In this document: positions 25,861 to 40,559 of the stretch, in pieces
Position numbering within the stretch: position 1 is the stretch's first letter
Layout: each line of letters opens with the position of its first letter
Assembly (NCBI GenBank): GCA_964016885.1
Contig: OZ024757.1
Location: forward strand, 41,664,001-41,728,000
Reading direction: 5' to 3'
Source of the DNA: Eledone cirrhosa
Lineage: Eukaryota
Length of the DNA stretch: 64,000 nt
Notes under the pieces: generated by a model
Told to the model about the DNA's origin: nothing
Seen by the model: the letters and a program-made list of their open reading frames with translations, nothing else
Databases searched by the model: none
Program-made: the position numbers and the translations under genes

Positions 25861-26185
25861 ATATAAATATATACATATATCTATATATATAATATAAATA
25901 AATATATATATATATATATAATATAAATATATACATATATCTATATATATAATATAAATATATGTATATATATATATAAATATATATATATATATCTATA
26001 TATATAATATAAATATATATATATATATAAATATATATATATATATCTATATATATATCTATATATATAATATAAATATATATATATATATCTATATATA
26101 TACATATATATATATATATAATATAAATATATATATATATATCTATATATATATAAATATATATATCTATATCTATATATATATA

Positions 26186-26229
<44 letters not shown>

Positions 26230-26592
26230 CAATACTTCACTTCACAAAAGCCAATTTTTATTTTTCGTATTTGTTTTTCTCTTCTCGTTTCATTGAGATG
26301 TCATTTACAAATCGTTATATACAGCGAAAGTGACAATAATTAATTACAAAGAATAATAGAAGACTATAAAAGTAATTAGAAGTTCACACTTTCCCAACAT
26401 TGGCGGAATAATGTAAAATTGATGGTGGTGTGTGTTTGATATAACTATTAAATTTGTCGAGTTGAACTTGTAGAGTTTGTTATGCATCAACTGAGGTGTT
26501 TACTGTAGCAATTTGTAGGAACAGCGAGAGGAAATATATTTTAAAAAATATAAATATATATATATAAATAACGATGATGATGATGAAATATA

Positions 26593-26654
<62 letters not shown>

Positions 26655-26753
26655 ATGTAGTAAATATGTAAAACAATATATTAGAAAATTAAATATAAAT
26701 ATATGTATATACATACACATATATACATATACACACACTTCACACATTTTCCA

Positions 26754-26784
<31 letters not shown>

Positions 26785-26963
26785 TACAAATATATATATA
26801 TATGAATATATATATATATCTTCATCATCACCATTTAACATACATTTTTTCCATGCTAGTATGGGATATATATATATATGTATATACGCACACATATATA
26901 AATATATACATATATATATATACATATACAGACACACACATATATATATATAAACCAGGTGTA

Positions 26964-27025
<62 letters not shown>

Positions 27026-27471
27026 TATATATATATATATATAAACCAGGTATATACATATACATACACATATATATAAACCAGGTATATATATATATAT
27101 ATACATATACATACACACATATATATATATAAACCAGGTGTATATATAAATAAATCAGGTGTATATAATAAAAAAAATAAGAATCGGAAGAGCAAAAGCA
27201 AAGTTACAAGAAATACAAAAACTCACAGGTGTGGTAAAAAACGACACACCTTTCTGCAGATAATTAAACACCTATATTATTGATACACACCAATTTCTCA
27301 TTTGCCAAACTAATCGATATGTATCCATTTTCACAGAAATGAATTAATTTGAAGCAAAAATCAATGAATATAGAGATAAATATATAAAGATTCAATATGG
27401 AGGAACAAAGGTTTATATCAATGTTTATTAATATATTAATAGGTATGTGTGTATATATATATGTTTATGTG

Positions 27472-27506
<35 letters not shown>

Positions 27507-27685
27507 TTATATATATATAAACATATATACGTGTATATGTGTATATATACAGACATATATACATCTTTTTATGTTTATATATATATATAATATAATTAAG
27601 ATTTATCTTAACCTACATTTTCAACATATGGATTACATTGAGTTCTTCATACAGAATAGACCCCACAACTTACAGTGGCTACCTC

Positions 27686-27756
<71 letters not shown>

Positions 27757-28000
27757 TTGTATACATACATACAGAAGTAGATATACGCACATATATAACA
27801 TCATCCAGTTACTGAAAATGCATATGCAATAAGAAATTATTATATTACATTACACCTTATAATACACAACAGAGAAGAAGAGGAAATCAAACAAGAGGAA
27901 AACAATAGTTGATAGCTTCTACAATCTTCAATATAATTCTACAAAAACCTGGGAGATTAATTATGGAAGCTTCGTTAATAGCTTAAAAAAAATTGACATG

Positions 28001-28119
28001 TTTTTCTACATAATAAATTCTTTATAAATGCCCCCAAAAATATGAGGAGCATGCAGTCGTGTGTATCTGTGCATCTGAATATTTTGGGGCATTTATGTAG
28101 AATTTATTATGTAGAAAAA
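28001..28119. repeat. Inverted repeat with ~43-bp arms (MITE-like or DNA-transposon internal hairpin)
   Basis: TTTTTCTACATAATAAATTCTTTATAAATGCCCC..AAAATAT / ATATTTTGGGGCATTTATGTAGAATTTATTATGTAGAAAAA. Confidence 0.75.
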
Positions 28120-28416
28120 GTGACATAGCCTCCAGTTACAAGACCATTTTGGTGTAAGACATTCATTTGGGTGCCTGTATGAATTAACATCATGCTGCAC
28201 ATGGTAACTAATATTCCTTGTAATAACTATGAAGTTTTGTAAAATGTAAACAAAACTTCTATGGATTTTTTTCTATGCTTGAAAAGATGAACTTGTTGAT
28301 GTATTTATTTATAAAACGATTTATTCTGATTAAATCCGACGAGGATGAAACAATTGTAAATTAAATTATGATGTAAATAAGTATTTGGTAACATAGTTTA
28401 ATGGATATATATATAT

Positions 28417-28571
28417 TAAAATAACAGATTAAAGTTTAAGCAAAGAATCGCTGCTTTCACCCTTAACGGGATATTCTAAATATTTGCACAAGGGTTCTTA
28501 TATATTTGATATATATTTATCCTTATCGAGCCCTCTTTGGATTTTAGTCTTCACATTTATTATTATTACTA
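28417..28571 (-). mobile_element. Family H5 second copy
   Basis: Reverse complement of 8190-8332 with a different centre. Confidence 0.75.
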
Positions 28572-29535
28572 ATATATATATATATATAAAGTATATCATA
28601 CACAAAATGCCAGCACCTTATATATATATATATATATATACATACATAACCAGTATTTGACTGGTATCAGTTTTAAAACAACTTGAAAAGAAAAACAATA
28701 ATAATAAATATAGTTTCAGGCAAGTCAGTGGTTTGAGCCTGCTGTAACAAACTTGTGACGAGAGTAAAAGTCTACAAAGAAGTAGATTAAAAACTGCTCA
28801 GAATATAGAACAATATCAAATTCCTTTACCTCTCACACACACACACACTCTCTCTCTTTCTCTCTCTCTATCTGTCTCTCATTCTCCCCCTCCCTGTCTT
28901 TCTCCCCCCTCTCTCTCTCTCCTGTTATATTTAAGTAAAAGTTCCAAGAATTTATTCCTAATTTATCCGTCTTTTATTTGATTCCGTTCCATTTTCTTTT
29001 TTTACTTTCTTTCTCTCTTATTTTCCCATTTTTTTCTTCCAATGTCGGGAGGCCATTTTACTCTTTAACTATTTCAAACTTTCTTCTCTTTTAAATTTCT
29101 ACTTTTCACATCTTTTACAACCATTTAACTCTTCTTCTTCATTTTACCATTCTCAATATCTCTTGCCCCTTTTCCTTCCTCCTCCTTCTCTTCCCTTCCC
29201 ACCCTTCCTCTTCTCATCCTCCCCCTCCCCTCCTCCTTTCCTTCTCCCCCTCCTCCTCCTCCCCCTCTTAGTCTTTCTAACTTGTTATATTAACATTCTC
29301 TAGAATAACTTCAGTTGTTCACCGATCCTTCATCTGACAATTCTACAACTTATGGCTGCCAGAACAACTCAGTTAATCTAATTCCTCGCCATTAGATTAC
29401 CAAAAATGTGGAATTGCTCTAAAACAAAATGAAACAGAGCCAAGTATTAAAATTAAAGAAATGGATAACATTTCTTTAAGATAAATATAAAAATAAATAG
29501 TTTATTGTTATCATTATTATTGGTAGTATCGTCGT

Positions 29536-30293
29536 AGGGCAGTGGATTGGCAGTATCGGTAGAGGGTCGGACACCATGCTTTGACGCATAGAGTTACGGC
29601 CCTTGCCATTCTGTGTTCAAATCTCGCTGAGGTTAACTTTGCCTTTCATCTTTACGGGGTCAATAAAATAAAGTACCAGTAATGTACTGGGGTCATTGCT
29701 GGCCTTGTGCCAATAGTAGAAACAATTATTATTACTGGTAGTATCGGTAGAGTGTGAGACACCATGCTTTGCAGCATAGAGTTGTGGCCCTTTACGTTCT
29801 GGATTTTAATCTTGCCGAGGTTAACTTTACCTTCCATCCTTACCAGGTCGATAAAATAAAGTACCAGTAATGCACTGGGGTCGATTTAATCGATTTTCCC
29901 CTTCCCCAACATTGCTGGCCTTGTGCCTATATAAGAAACCGGATGCCATGCTTTCTAGCATAGTTACGTCCCTTTACGGTCTGAGTTCAAATCCCACAGA
30001 AGTTAACTTCACCTTCCATCCTTACGAAACTTATTTCTTCTATATTCTGTATACTTTTATCACTGGTTTCAATTTTGGCTAATATTATGTATATATATAT
30101 AGGGCGGTGAATTGGCAGTATCGGTAGAGGGTTGGACGCTATGCTTTGACGCATAGAGTTACGGCCCTTGCCATTCTGAGTTCAAATCCCGCCGAGGTTA
30201 ACTTTGCCTTTCATCCTTATGGGGTCGATAAAATAAAGTACCAGTAATGTACTGGATAATTGCTGGCCTTGTGCCAAAAGTAGAAACAATTAT
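29536..30293 (+). mobile_element. Cluster of four same-strand SINE family B copies
   Basis: Copies at about 29536-29730, 29737-29940, 29941-30025 (partial) and 30101-30293. Confidence 0.9.
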
Positions 30294-30449
30294 GTATATA
30301 TATATATATATGTATGTTAGTATAAATATACATAGTATATATATACTATGTATACATATATTTTTTATAGTGCAAATTTATACGGGAACAAAACAGAGAG
30401 GCAGACAAATAATAATATTATATATATATACTATATCTGTATATACTAT

Positions 30450-30530
30450 ATAATAATAATGAAATAGTGCTCAGGTGCACATAGAATAATATACAAATGT
30501 CATGGAGGTGAATAGTGTATGAGTCATGAT
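30450..30530 (-). mobile_element. Probable LINE (CR1-like) 3' UTR end
   Basis: Minus strand ends GTGCACCTGAGCACTATTTCATTATTATTA, a short-repeat tail; clade assignment is from memory. Confidence 0.45.
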
Positions 30531-30859
30531 ATACATGTGTGTATGTGTATATATATACACACACCATATATATATATACACACACACACACATGACCTCA
30601 GACACAGCCCTATATATGGTAATAAGCCATAAGACATAATCCATTATAAGATGCCACCTTCATAATTTATCTTAATTTTCCCCTTTTCTTTTGATAAACT
30701 ATTGTTACCTATTGTTACCTGAACAGGTAAACTATTAAATGCCGTTTATGTCATTCTGTATCTTTTGCAATGTTTCTCTCTGTTTCTTTTAGCAACAGAA
30801 ATAAAGGAAGTCTATAATAGCAGCAAAAAATCTCTACAGAAACTGCAAAACAAAACATT

Positions 30860-30883
30860 ATATATATGTATATGTGTGTATAT

Positions 30884-30929
<46 letters not shown>

Positions 30930-31205
30930 TATATACACACACACACACACATATATATATATATGTATGTATATACATATATATATATATATATGTATAT
31001 ACATATATATATGTATATACATATATATGTATAAACATATATATATGTATATATATATATATATGTATATACATATATATATGTATATATATGTATATAT
31101 ATATATGTATATGTATATACATATATATATATGTGTATATATATATATATACACATATATACATATATATATATATATACATTACATATATATATATATA
31201 CATAC

Positions 31206-31240
<35 letters not shown>

Positions 31241-31365
31241 CATGTATATACATATATGTATACATATGTATACATATATATATATGTATACATATGTATA
31301 CATATATATATATGTATACATATGTATACATATATATATATGTATACATATATATATATATGTAT

Positions 31366-31399
<34 letters not shown>

Positions 31400-31419
31400 G
31401 TGTATATATATATATACAC

Positions 31420-31450
<31 letters not shown>

Positions 31451-31768
31451 TACTTATATATATATATATACATATGTTTATATATATATATACATATATA
31501 TATATATACTTATATATATATATACATATATGTATATATATGTATATATATATATATATACATACATATATATATACACATATATACATATATATATATG
31601 TACATATATGTATATATATATACATACATATATATATACACATATATACATATATATATGTACATATATGTATATATATATACATACATATATATATACA
31701 CATATATACATATATATATATGTACATATATGTATACATATATACATAAATATATATATATTTTACAC

Positions 31769-31807
<39 letters not shown>

Positions 31808-31837
31808 AACATATATACATAAATATATATATATTTT

Positions 31838-31870
<33 letters not shown>
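30860..31870. repeat. About 1 kb (TA)n/(TATG)/(TACA) compound microsatellite
   Basis: Direct reading. Similar blocks at 11700-12100, 21740-22570, 25720-26230, 37900-38305, 41210-41850, 47000-47780, 52215-53055 and 61255-61730. Confidence 0.97.
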
Positions 31871-31875
<5 letters not shown>

Positions 31876-32239
31876 ATAGAAAAAAATATAGAAAACAAAC
31901 TTACTCTAGCTAGGGCAGCCATCTTATTTTCTCTTTTTGGCAACAAAGATATAAACGCCATGAAAAGAATATTTCTTTCGCTCTATTTGCATTTCTTATT
32001 CGGAAGTTCTTAAATAGAAAGTTGTAGCAATTACCATTTTCATCACATTCCATTCTATTTCATCTTCCTCTCAAAATTCTCGGCTGATTGTGAATCTCGA
32101 ACAAGACATTTTCAATGGCGGTGAAATATACATTTTTTTTTTTTTTTTCATTATTAATAGAAATCTCTGTATTGTCCACTAATTCTTATTATATATACAT
32201 AGATTTTATATGGAGGGGTGTGTGGGTAGGCGAACATAC

Positions 32240-32840
32240 AGGAGAGCCAGGTGTAGACTGGAAATATGGAGATCAGAGAGTCACTGCTTCAGATAGAAAT
32301 GCTACTTCTCTAATTTGAGAGATTGCAGTTCTGATATTATAGACATGGGGTTAAATGGGCAGGTTTTATTGAGGGTAAAAACCAGCTGACATGAGAGCCA
32401 GATGGAGATCAAAGACTTACTACTCCAGGTAGAACTGCTATTCTCTCAGTTCTGATATTACGGACATGGGCTGAAATTGTCCCAGGAAAGAATTGCTGGA
32501 CAGGTTTTATTGAGGGTAAAAGCAACAGACATGAGAGCCAGAGGTTTGATTGGAAAAAAAGGAGATCAAAGAATCGCTATCTAGGTGGAACTGCTACTTC
32601 TCTGAATTAAGAGATCACAGCTCCAATATTATGGTCATGGGGCTAGAATGTCTCAGGAAAGAATCGTTGGACAGTTTGTATGGGCAGGAGCTCAGCTGGA
32701 CTCAACTGGAGGATCTACCTGGATCAATTGGACATTGTTGCTTCTGACAAGACCTGCTGGAAGCAATGTGTGAGGACTGTACTTCCCCTGTCCCTCCCAC
32801 CCACGGTTCTCCCAGGAATAAATTGGAAAAGAAGAAAATA
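32240..32840 (+). pseudogene. Degraded RTE C-terminus, family R3, with three imperfect ~135-160 bp tandem segments
   Basis: Translates QLQYYGHGARMSQERIVGQFVWAG..STWINW and VASDKTCWKQCVR; GGAGATCA(G/A)AGA and ACATGAGAGCCAGA recur. Confidence 0.7.
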
Positions 32841-33605
32841 TACCTAGAGTGGACACAGACATGGCTGAATAGCTAGTGGTGGTGCTGATCCTATGATAAA
32901 ATACACCCAGTACACTCTGTAAAGTGGTGGTGCTGATCCTATGATAAAATACACCCAGTACACTCTGTAAAGTGTTAGTGCAGGTTGTAAAACATTGCCT
33001 CAAAACATCCCATCCAGCCCATGCTGACATGGAAATGTCAGCATAGAAATGATGATGATGATGATGATATACATACATTTATATATATACATATATTCAT
33101 GCATACACAGATGCATGGATTTATACAGTCATACATACAAATGCACATGCATACAAACATACACATATATACACACACTGCCAAAACACTATACTCATGT
33201 ATGTACATACATACATACATGCCTACACACATGCATGCGTACATATATACAAACATACACGCGCACACACTTACCCTGCCCACCTACACACACACCCAAT
33301 ACATGCATTTGTACATACATACATACCTACATACATATGCATGTATACATATATAAAAACACACACACCTCGCCTGCCTACACACCTACACCATACACAC
33401 TATACACACACCATACGCACCTAGACTCACCATACATACACACCATACACACACACACACACAATACACACCTACACCACACACACACACACACACACAC
33501 CATACACTTACACACCATACACACACACACCATACACACCTGCACCTACACACACACACACACACACACCATACACACACACACCCACACAATACACACT
33601 TACAC

Positions 33606-33636
<31 letters not shown>

Positions 33637-33783
33637 CATACACTTACACACCTACACACCATAGTCATAACCTCAGTAATAGACATGAAACAAGAATTAT
33701 GGTTCATAGATTCAATTCAGGATTTCATTTTTCATTTTATTTCTGGAGGCAAAACTGAATTAGTTTCTTCTGAAACACACTTC

Positions 33784-34069
33784 AGAAGCTCACAAGAAGC
33801 TCACAAGAAGCTCACAAGAAGCTCACAAGAAGCTCACAAGAAGCTCACAAGAAGCTCACAAGAATCTCACAAGAATCTCACAAGAATCTCACAAGAAGCT
33901 CACAAGAAGCTCACAAGAAGCTCACAAGAAGCTCACAAGAAGCTCACAAGAAGCTCACAAGAAGCTCACAAGAAGCTCACAAGAAGCTCACAAGAAGCTC
34001 ACAAGAAGCTCACAAGAAGCTCACAAGAAGCTCACAAGAAGCTCACAAGAAGCTCACAAGAAGCTCACA
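33784..34069. repeat. 11-bp minisatellite (AGAAGCTCACA) x about 26
   Basis: Near perfect, with three adjacent AGAATCTCACA variants. Confidence 0.97.
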
Positions 34070-34491
34070 AATCTTCTTCCCATTCAACACACACAGATAT
34101 TTGTCAATTGTTATGCAGTAAATAATTATTTAATATTTATGAAAGTGAACAAGGTAGTGATGGAAGGCAGGAAGCTGAGATGATAGACATGCAGACTAAA
34201 CGAACAATATTTTGATGTTTATATGTAATGAATTTTATGAATGTTATTAGTTTACAGAAATAATTATACCTTCAGTTTATATATCAATGTCACATATTTC
34301 TAGGACATTATTGGACTTGATAACATCATAACAATGACATATATATATGCTTGTGTATGTGTGTATATATATATATATATATCTGTGTGTGAGTGTGTAT
34401 GTGTGTGTTTGTATATGTGTGTATATATATATATATACACATATAGGAAAGGTAAATCTAAATATACAAACCTCAAAAGTATGTAGAGAAT

Positions 34492-34529
<38 letters not shown>

Positions 34530-34532
34530 CGT

Positions 34533-34874
34533 GGAGGCACATGGCTTAGTGGTTAGAGCATTGGCCTTGCAATCGAAAGGTTGTGAGTTCAATTCTCAGA
34601 CCGGGTGATGTGTTGTTTCCTTGAGCAAGTCACTTTATTTCACATTGCTCCAGTTTACTCAGCTGTAGAAATGAGATGATAGGACTGGGGTCCATATCAT
34701 TCCACTGCAAAGTGGTCGTGGCGGTGCCATGGCAAAAAAGCACCGCGCACTCACTGTAAATGAGGTTGGTGTTAGGAAGGGCATCCAGCTGTAGAAATGA
34801 AGCCAGAATTAGTTCCCGTCCCACCCTTGCAAGCAGGGAAAAGCGGACGTAAAATGAAATGATGAAATGATGAT
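34533..34874 (+). mobile_element. SINE family A, full-length
   Basis: A box TGGCTTAGTGG, B box GAGTTCAATTC, core, R1 tail. Confidence 0.93.
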
Positions 34875-34886
34875 ATATATATATAC

Positions 34887-34934
<48 letters not shown>

Positions 34935-35201
34935 ATATATACATAGGATATATATATATGGCATGTCACATAACTATGAGGGGGAGGAAGAAGAAGAGAT
35001 CACAGTTCTGATACTATGGACAGCCGGATCAGTTGGAAACAGTTGCTTCTGACAGGACCTACTAGAGGGAGTGTCTGAGGACTCTGTCTTCCACTACCCC
35101 ACCACCACCACCATGTCAGGAACAAGTTGGTGTATAAGGAAGGAGGAGAAGAAGAAGAAGAAGAAGAAGGTGAAGGAGAAAGCCAAGAAAAAAAAAGCAA
35201 G

Positions 35202-35592
35202 AACCACCACCACCAGCAACACTACTAACACCACCAGCACCACCACCACCACTAACACCACCACCACTAACACCTCCACCACCTTCACCACTAACACCAC
35301 CAGCACCACCACCACCACTAACACCTCCACCACCTTCACCACCACCACTAACACCACCAGCACCTTCAACACCACCAACACCTTCACCACCACCAACACC
35401 TTCACCACCACCAGCAACACCACTAACACCACCACCACGAACACCACCACGAACACCACCACGAACACCACCAGCAACACCACCAACACCTTCACCACCA
35501 CCAACACCTTCACCACCACCGACACCACTAACACCTCCAACACCACCGCCACCACCACCACGAACACCACCACCAACACCTCCACCACCACT
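35202..35592. repeat. (ACC)/(AAC) degenerate trinucleotide tract
   Basis: Direct reading. Confidence 0.92.
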
Positions 35593-35916
35593 AAAACCAG
35601 AGTTAGCTAGTGGGGGGGGGGGGGCTGAAGAGGAACTAGATAGAATGAATTTAATTTAGTTTGTTCAAATATGAGGACTCAATATGTGTGTATGTGTGTG
35701 TATGTGTTAACAGGAGAGAGAGAGAGAGAGAGAGAGAGGAGGAAATAAATAATCTCCATCATTTGTTGGTTCCAAAAGTCTCCAACTGTAAAAGACATTT
35801 TGTTGATGGAAATAAAAGAGATAATAATGATCACGTTATTTACCGATTCTGCTTCATTGCTCTCTCGAAAACACTGCCATTTCCTACTAACATACTTCCA
35901 TTGGACAACTTCCACT

Positions 35917-36613
35917 ATAGTACTAGCATTATTAGTAGTATCACTATTGGTATTAGTATTAGTATTAGTAATAGTATCACTATTGGTATTAGTATTAGTA
36001 TCACTATTGGTATTAGTAGTAGTACTAGTATTAGTAGTAGTATCACTATTGGTATTAGTATTAGTACTAGTATTAGTAATAGTATCACTATTGGTATTAG
36101 TAGTAGTACTAGTATCACTATTGGTATTAGTATTAGTACCAGTATTAGTAGTAGTATCACTATTGGTATTAGTAGTAGTACTAGTATCACTATTAGTATT
36201 AGTATTAGTACTAGTATTAGTAATAGTATCACTATTGGTATTAGTATTAGTACTAGTATTAGTAATAGTATCACTATTGGTATTAGTATTAGTACTAGTA
36301 TTAGTAATAGTATCACTATTGGTATTAGTAGTAGTACTAGTATCACTATTAGTATTAGTATTAGTACTAGTATTAGTAATAGTATCACTATTGGTATTAG
36401 TATTAGTACTAGTATTAGTAGTAGTATCACTATTGGTATTAGTATTAGTACTAGTATTAGTAGTAGTATCACTATTGGTATTAGTATTAGTATTAGTACT
36501 AATATTATTAATAGTATCAGTATTGGTATTGGCATTAGTACTAGTAATAGTATTAGTATTAGTACTAGTACTAGTACTAGTATCAGTATTATTAGTACTA
36601 GTATTAGTATTAG
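35917..36613. repeat. (TAG/TAT)-derived satellite with higher-order units marked by AGTATCACTATTGGTATT
   Basis: The marker recurs at 24-36 bp spacings. Confidence 0.92.
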
Positions 36614-36787
36614 GTAGTATCGGTAGAGGGTCAGTTGCCATGCTTTGTGGCACAGAGTTATGTCCCTTTATGGTCTGAGTTCAAATCCCACCGAGGTTAA
36701 CTTTGCCTTCCATTCTTACGGGGTCGATAAAATAAAGTACCAGTAATACACTGGGTAATTGCTGGCCTTGTGCCAAAAGTAGAAACG
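36613..36787 (+). mobile_element. SINE family B, slightly 5'-truncated
   Basis: Similarity to 30101-30293. Confidence 0.9.
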
Positions 36788-37208
36788 TCTATTATTTTTG
36801 TTGTTAATGGTGTTGTTATTATTGATGTTGCTGTTGTTGTACTTGTTGTTGTCTTTATCACCATCATCATCATGTAAATACTGTCGTTGTCATCATCATC
36901 ATCATCATTGTCATTATCATCATGTAAATACTGTCATCACCATCATATAAATAATGTCACACAAAACTTAACTGAACAAAATAAGACGAGGAAAAAAAAC
37001 AAAAATAAAACTGAGATCACTTATCAAAATTTATATGTCAAAAGAAGTTAATGTTAATTACCAATTGCTATTAATTAGCTACTAATTAGCTACTAATCAG
37101 TTGTTTTCATTGACGAACATATTTAAAAAACAACAACAAAATATTATCAGAGACGGATAAAAACATGAGTGACAGATGTAAAGATCTATGTGGGAAGTAT
37201 ATAATCTG

Positions 37209-37272
<64 letters not shown>

Positions 37273-37369
37273 TGCCCTTGAAATATATATAATAAAATAA
37301 ATATGGTTTTATAAATATAGTTTCCATTTATTTAATATCATTGAATTGTATATATGTATATATATATGT

Positions 37370-37560
37370 GTCTGATAGTAGCTAAAATGATTCTATAGGC
37401 GGTATGCCAGTTGAGCACTCTATGCTTTTACAGAGCAGAGTATGATAGAATAGAAAACGAAAAATCAGTGATGCATCTGAATATTGTGTGTTACAATTGT
37501 TTCGCCGGCAGACAGCTCGAGACGCGATCGTTGTGTGGATCTGTCTGATTCTGGACCCCT
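37370..37560 (-). mobile_element. Element family H6 with hammerhead 3' half
   Basis: Minus strand GCCGGC-GAAA-CAATTG-TA-ACACAC (about 37487-37509) and distal TAGAGTGCTCA; abuts a SINE A copy. Confidence 0.55.
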
Positions 37561-37901
37561 GGGGGCATATGGCTTAGTGGTTAGAGCATTGGCCTTGCAA
37601 TCGAAAGGTTGTGAGTTCAATTCTCGGACCGGGTGATGTGTTGTTTCCTTGAGCAAGAGACTTTATTTCACATTGTTCCAGTTTACTCGGCAGTAGAAAT
37701 GAGATGGTAGGGACTGGGGTCCATATCATTCCACTGCAAAGTGGTCGTGGAGGTGCCACAGCAAAAAAAAGCACCCAGCACTCACTGTAAATGAGGTTGG
37801 TGTTAGGAAGGGCATCCAGCTGTAGAAATCAAGCCAGAATCAGTTCCCGTCCCACCCTTGCAAGCAGGGAACAGCGGACACAAAATGATGATGATGATGA
37901 T
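37561..37901 (+). mobile_element. SINE family A, full-length
   Basis: Similarity to 34533-34874. Confidence 0.93.
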
Positions 37902-38746
37902 ATATATATATATATATTGTATATATATATATATATATATATTGTATATATATATATATATATATATTGTATATATATATATTGTATATATATATATATA
38001 CAATATATATATATATATATATACAATATATATATATATATATATTGTATATATATATTGTATATATATATATATTGTATATATATATATATATTGTATA
38101 TATATATATATATATTGTATATATATATATATATTGTATATATATATATATATATTGTATATATATATACAATATATATATATATATTGTATATATATAT
38201 ACAATATATATATATATATATATATAGAATATATATATATATTGTATATATATATATATTGTATATATATATATATATTGTATATATATACACAATATAT
38301 ATATATGGAAAATGTGTTATTCGTTTCCTTAGACAGATCTATTTCATAACTTCTACTGAAACCAATCAAACTGTTTCCACCATGTTTGTTGGCCAAACAG
38401 AACTGTTTCTTTCACAGCAGAGGCTTGTTTACAGATGACATTCTCTTTTATACCATTAATTTCACAGGGTGAGACAAAATGGATGTCAAAACGCTACCAT
38501 ATATTATAACAGGAGGGAAAAAAAAACAACTTAAGAAGAATCAGTTTCTTCTAACAGGAGTCAATTAAGAAGCAATAAATAAATATATATATATATACAT
38601 ACATATATATATATATATATGTGTGTGTATGTATGTAAAAGGTAAACAGAAATAAAAACACAATCGGTACATTATATATATATATATATATGCATATATT
38701 TGTGTATGTATATATATATATATATATATATATGCATATATTTGTG

Positions 38747-38782
<36 letters not shown>

Positions 38783-40224
38783 TATATTTGTGTATGTATA
38801 TATATGTATATATATATATATATATATATTTATACACATACACACAGAGTGAGAGAGAGAGACTTTGTTTCTTTATTTTTATTTTTTATTGTTTGTTTAT
38901 AGTTAATTTGTTGTCTAAAATGAGACGAGTTTGTTTATCGATAAGAGACAAACAGCAAAACAAAACAGCAAAACAACACAGCAAAACAAAACAGCAAAAC
39001 AAAACAAGAAAGCAAGCAACACCATCATTTTACGAGACACGATGCCATGAAAATTTCAAGATAATGGGAGTCGCCTAGGGAAACCAATACAAGGGAAGAT
39101 ATGAAATAGTATTTCTCTCACATTTTAAACTTAAAATACAATGTAGCAATTGTTGAAAGGAGGATGGGGGGGGGGGGGGCAATGAAGATGATGATGATGA
39201 AGAAGGCTATGGGAATGAAGAAGAAGAAAGTGAAGGAAATGAAGAAGTGGAAAGTGAAGGAAACATAGAAGGAATCAAAGAAGAAAAACTTAATGAATAA
39301 TGGAAAGAACCATAGAATGTGTCAAAAAACGGGGGGGGGGTATTAAAAACAGGACAAAATGTGACCAAATTGTTACCAAGTCTCAAATTAGTTCTCAATT
39401 CTATTGCTGTTATTTAGCAGTTTTTTTTCCTTTTTCTGTTTTATTTTTCTTATTTTTTTTGTACCTTTTGTTTCCCTGTCTTTTTTAGTTCCTAGATTGT
39501 TTATCTGTTTTTTTTTTGTTACTTTCTTTCAGTCTGTTTTTTTCTGTTTTTTTTTCTTATTGTACTCTTTGTTTCCATGTCTTTTCCATTTCCTCAGTTG
39601 TTTCTGTGTCTTTTTGTTATTTTGTTTCAATTTTCTGATGAGGAGAAAGTTGGGTTTTTTTTCTGGGGTTTTTTTCTTCTGTTTTTTTTCCTCTTCTATG
39701 GTGTGAATTTATGAGCTTTTTCTATGATATACTTCATTTAAACTGTGTGTTAGTCATTGTCTCTGACAGGTGAGGTCAATAAAACAGGGGGGAAAATACA
39801 CAGACAAAAAAAAATAAAAATAAAACAGCAACAACAAATAAGAAAAATTTGAAGCTCTATTTTTTTTTATTTTTTGTGTTTTGTTTTAGAATTAGAATAA
39901 TGGCCAATGGAATGAGCTGATGCTGGAACTATGATATTTAAAATAATTTGAAAAGAAATCATGCCACAATCTAAGAGAGTGAAATTGTTTTAAAAGCAAA
40001 GAAGCCAGTTATTTTCTGGACAACATTTTGTAGTTTTTAGTATAGTAAAAGGCAAAACTCCTTGACAAATATAACAGCAATAATTTTGTGATGGATTTGT
40101 AGGATATAGGAGAAGAAAGGAAAAGAAAAGTAGAAAAAACCATTCTTCCCAATTAATTTTGCTATGAAAGAGAACTTAAATATAATATATATACATATAT
40201 ATATATATATATAAACAATGAGTT

Positions 40225-40480
40225 ATATGGTTTGTTGATTATTATTCAACAGAATTAATTTTATAACAGATTTGAAGCACTCTACAGTATTTATCTGTAG
40301 TATTATTAATATTAACTTATACTAGTAAGTTTGTGCTAAGGTTATGTCAATATCTTAACACCAAATATTATATTTTATCTGATGAAAGCACACTAAAATT
40401 TTGTGTCCTTGAAATACGTATAATAAAATAAATATGGTATTATAAAGATATTTTCCATTTATTAATATTGTTAATATCAT
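40225..40480 (+). mobile_element. Hammerhead element family H7 with inverted distal piece
   Basis: 40228-40284 reversed is homologous to the distal tail 42514-42566; a truncated copy of the body lies at 37272-37348. Confidence 0.75.
40371..40430 (+). ncRNA. Type I hammerhead ribozyme, intact core, palindromic stem III
   Basis: TATTTTAT-CTGATGA-AAGCACAC..GTGTCCTT-GAAA-TACGTA-TA-ATAAAATA; perfect 8-bp stem I. Confidence 0.88.
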
Positions 40481-40559
40481 ATATATATATATACACAGAA
40501 GAACTAACTTCCGATGGGCAGAGGCCAAAGCTGAAGAATATATACAGTTTATCCCAACC

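Noticed and set aside
33049-34125. 358-aa ORF with SSQEAHKKLTR repeats
   Set aside because: Product of (CA)n and an 11-bp minisatellite that has no stop codon.
35071-36678. Mucin-like Thr/Ser-rich or poly-Val/Leu ORFs
   Set aside because: Trinucleotide-derived satellites open in many frames on both strands; no splice or domain context.
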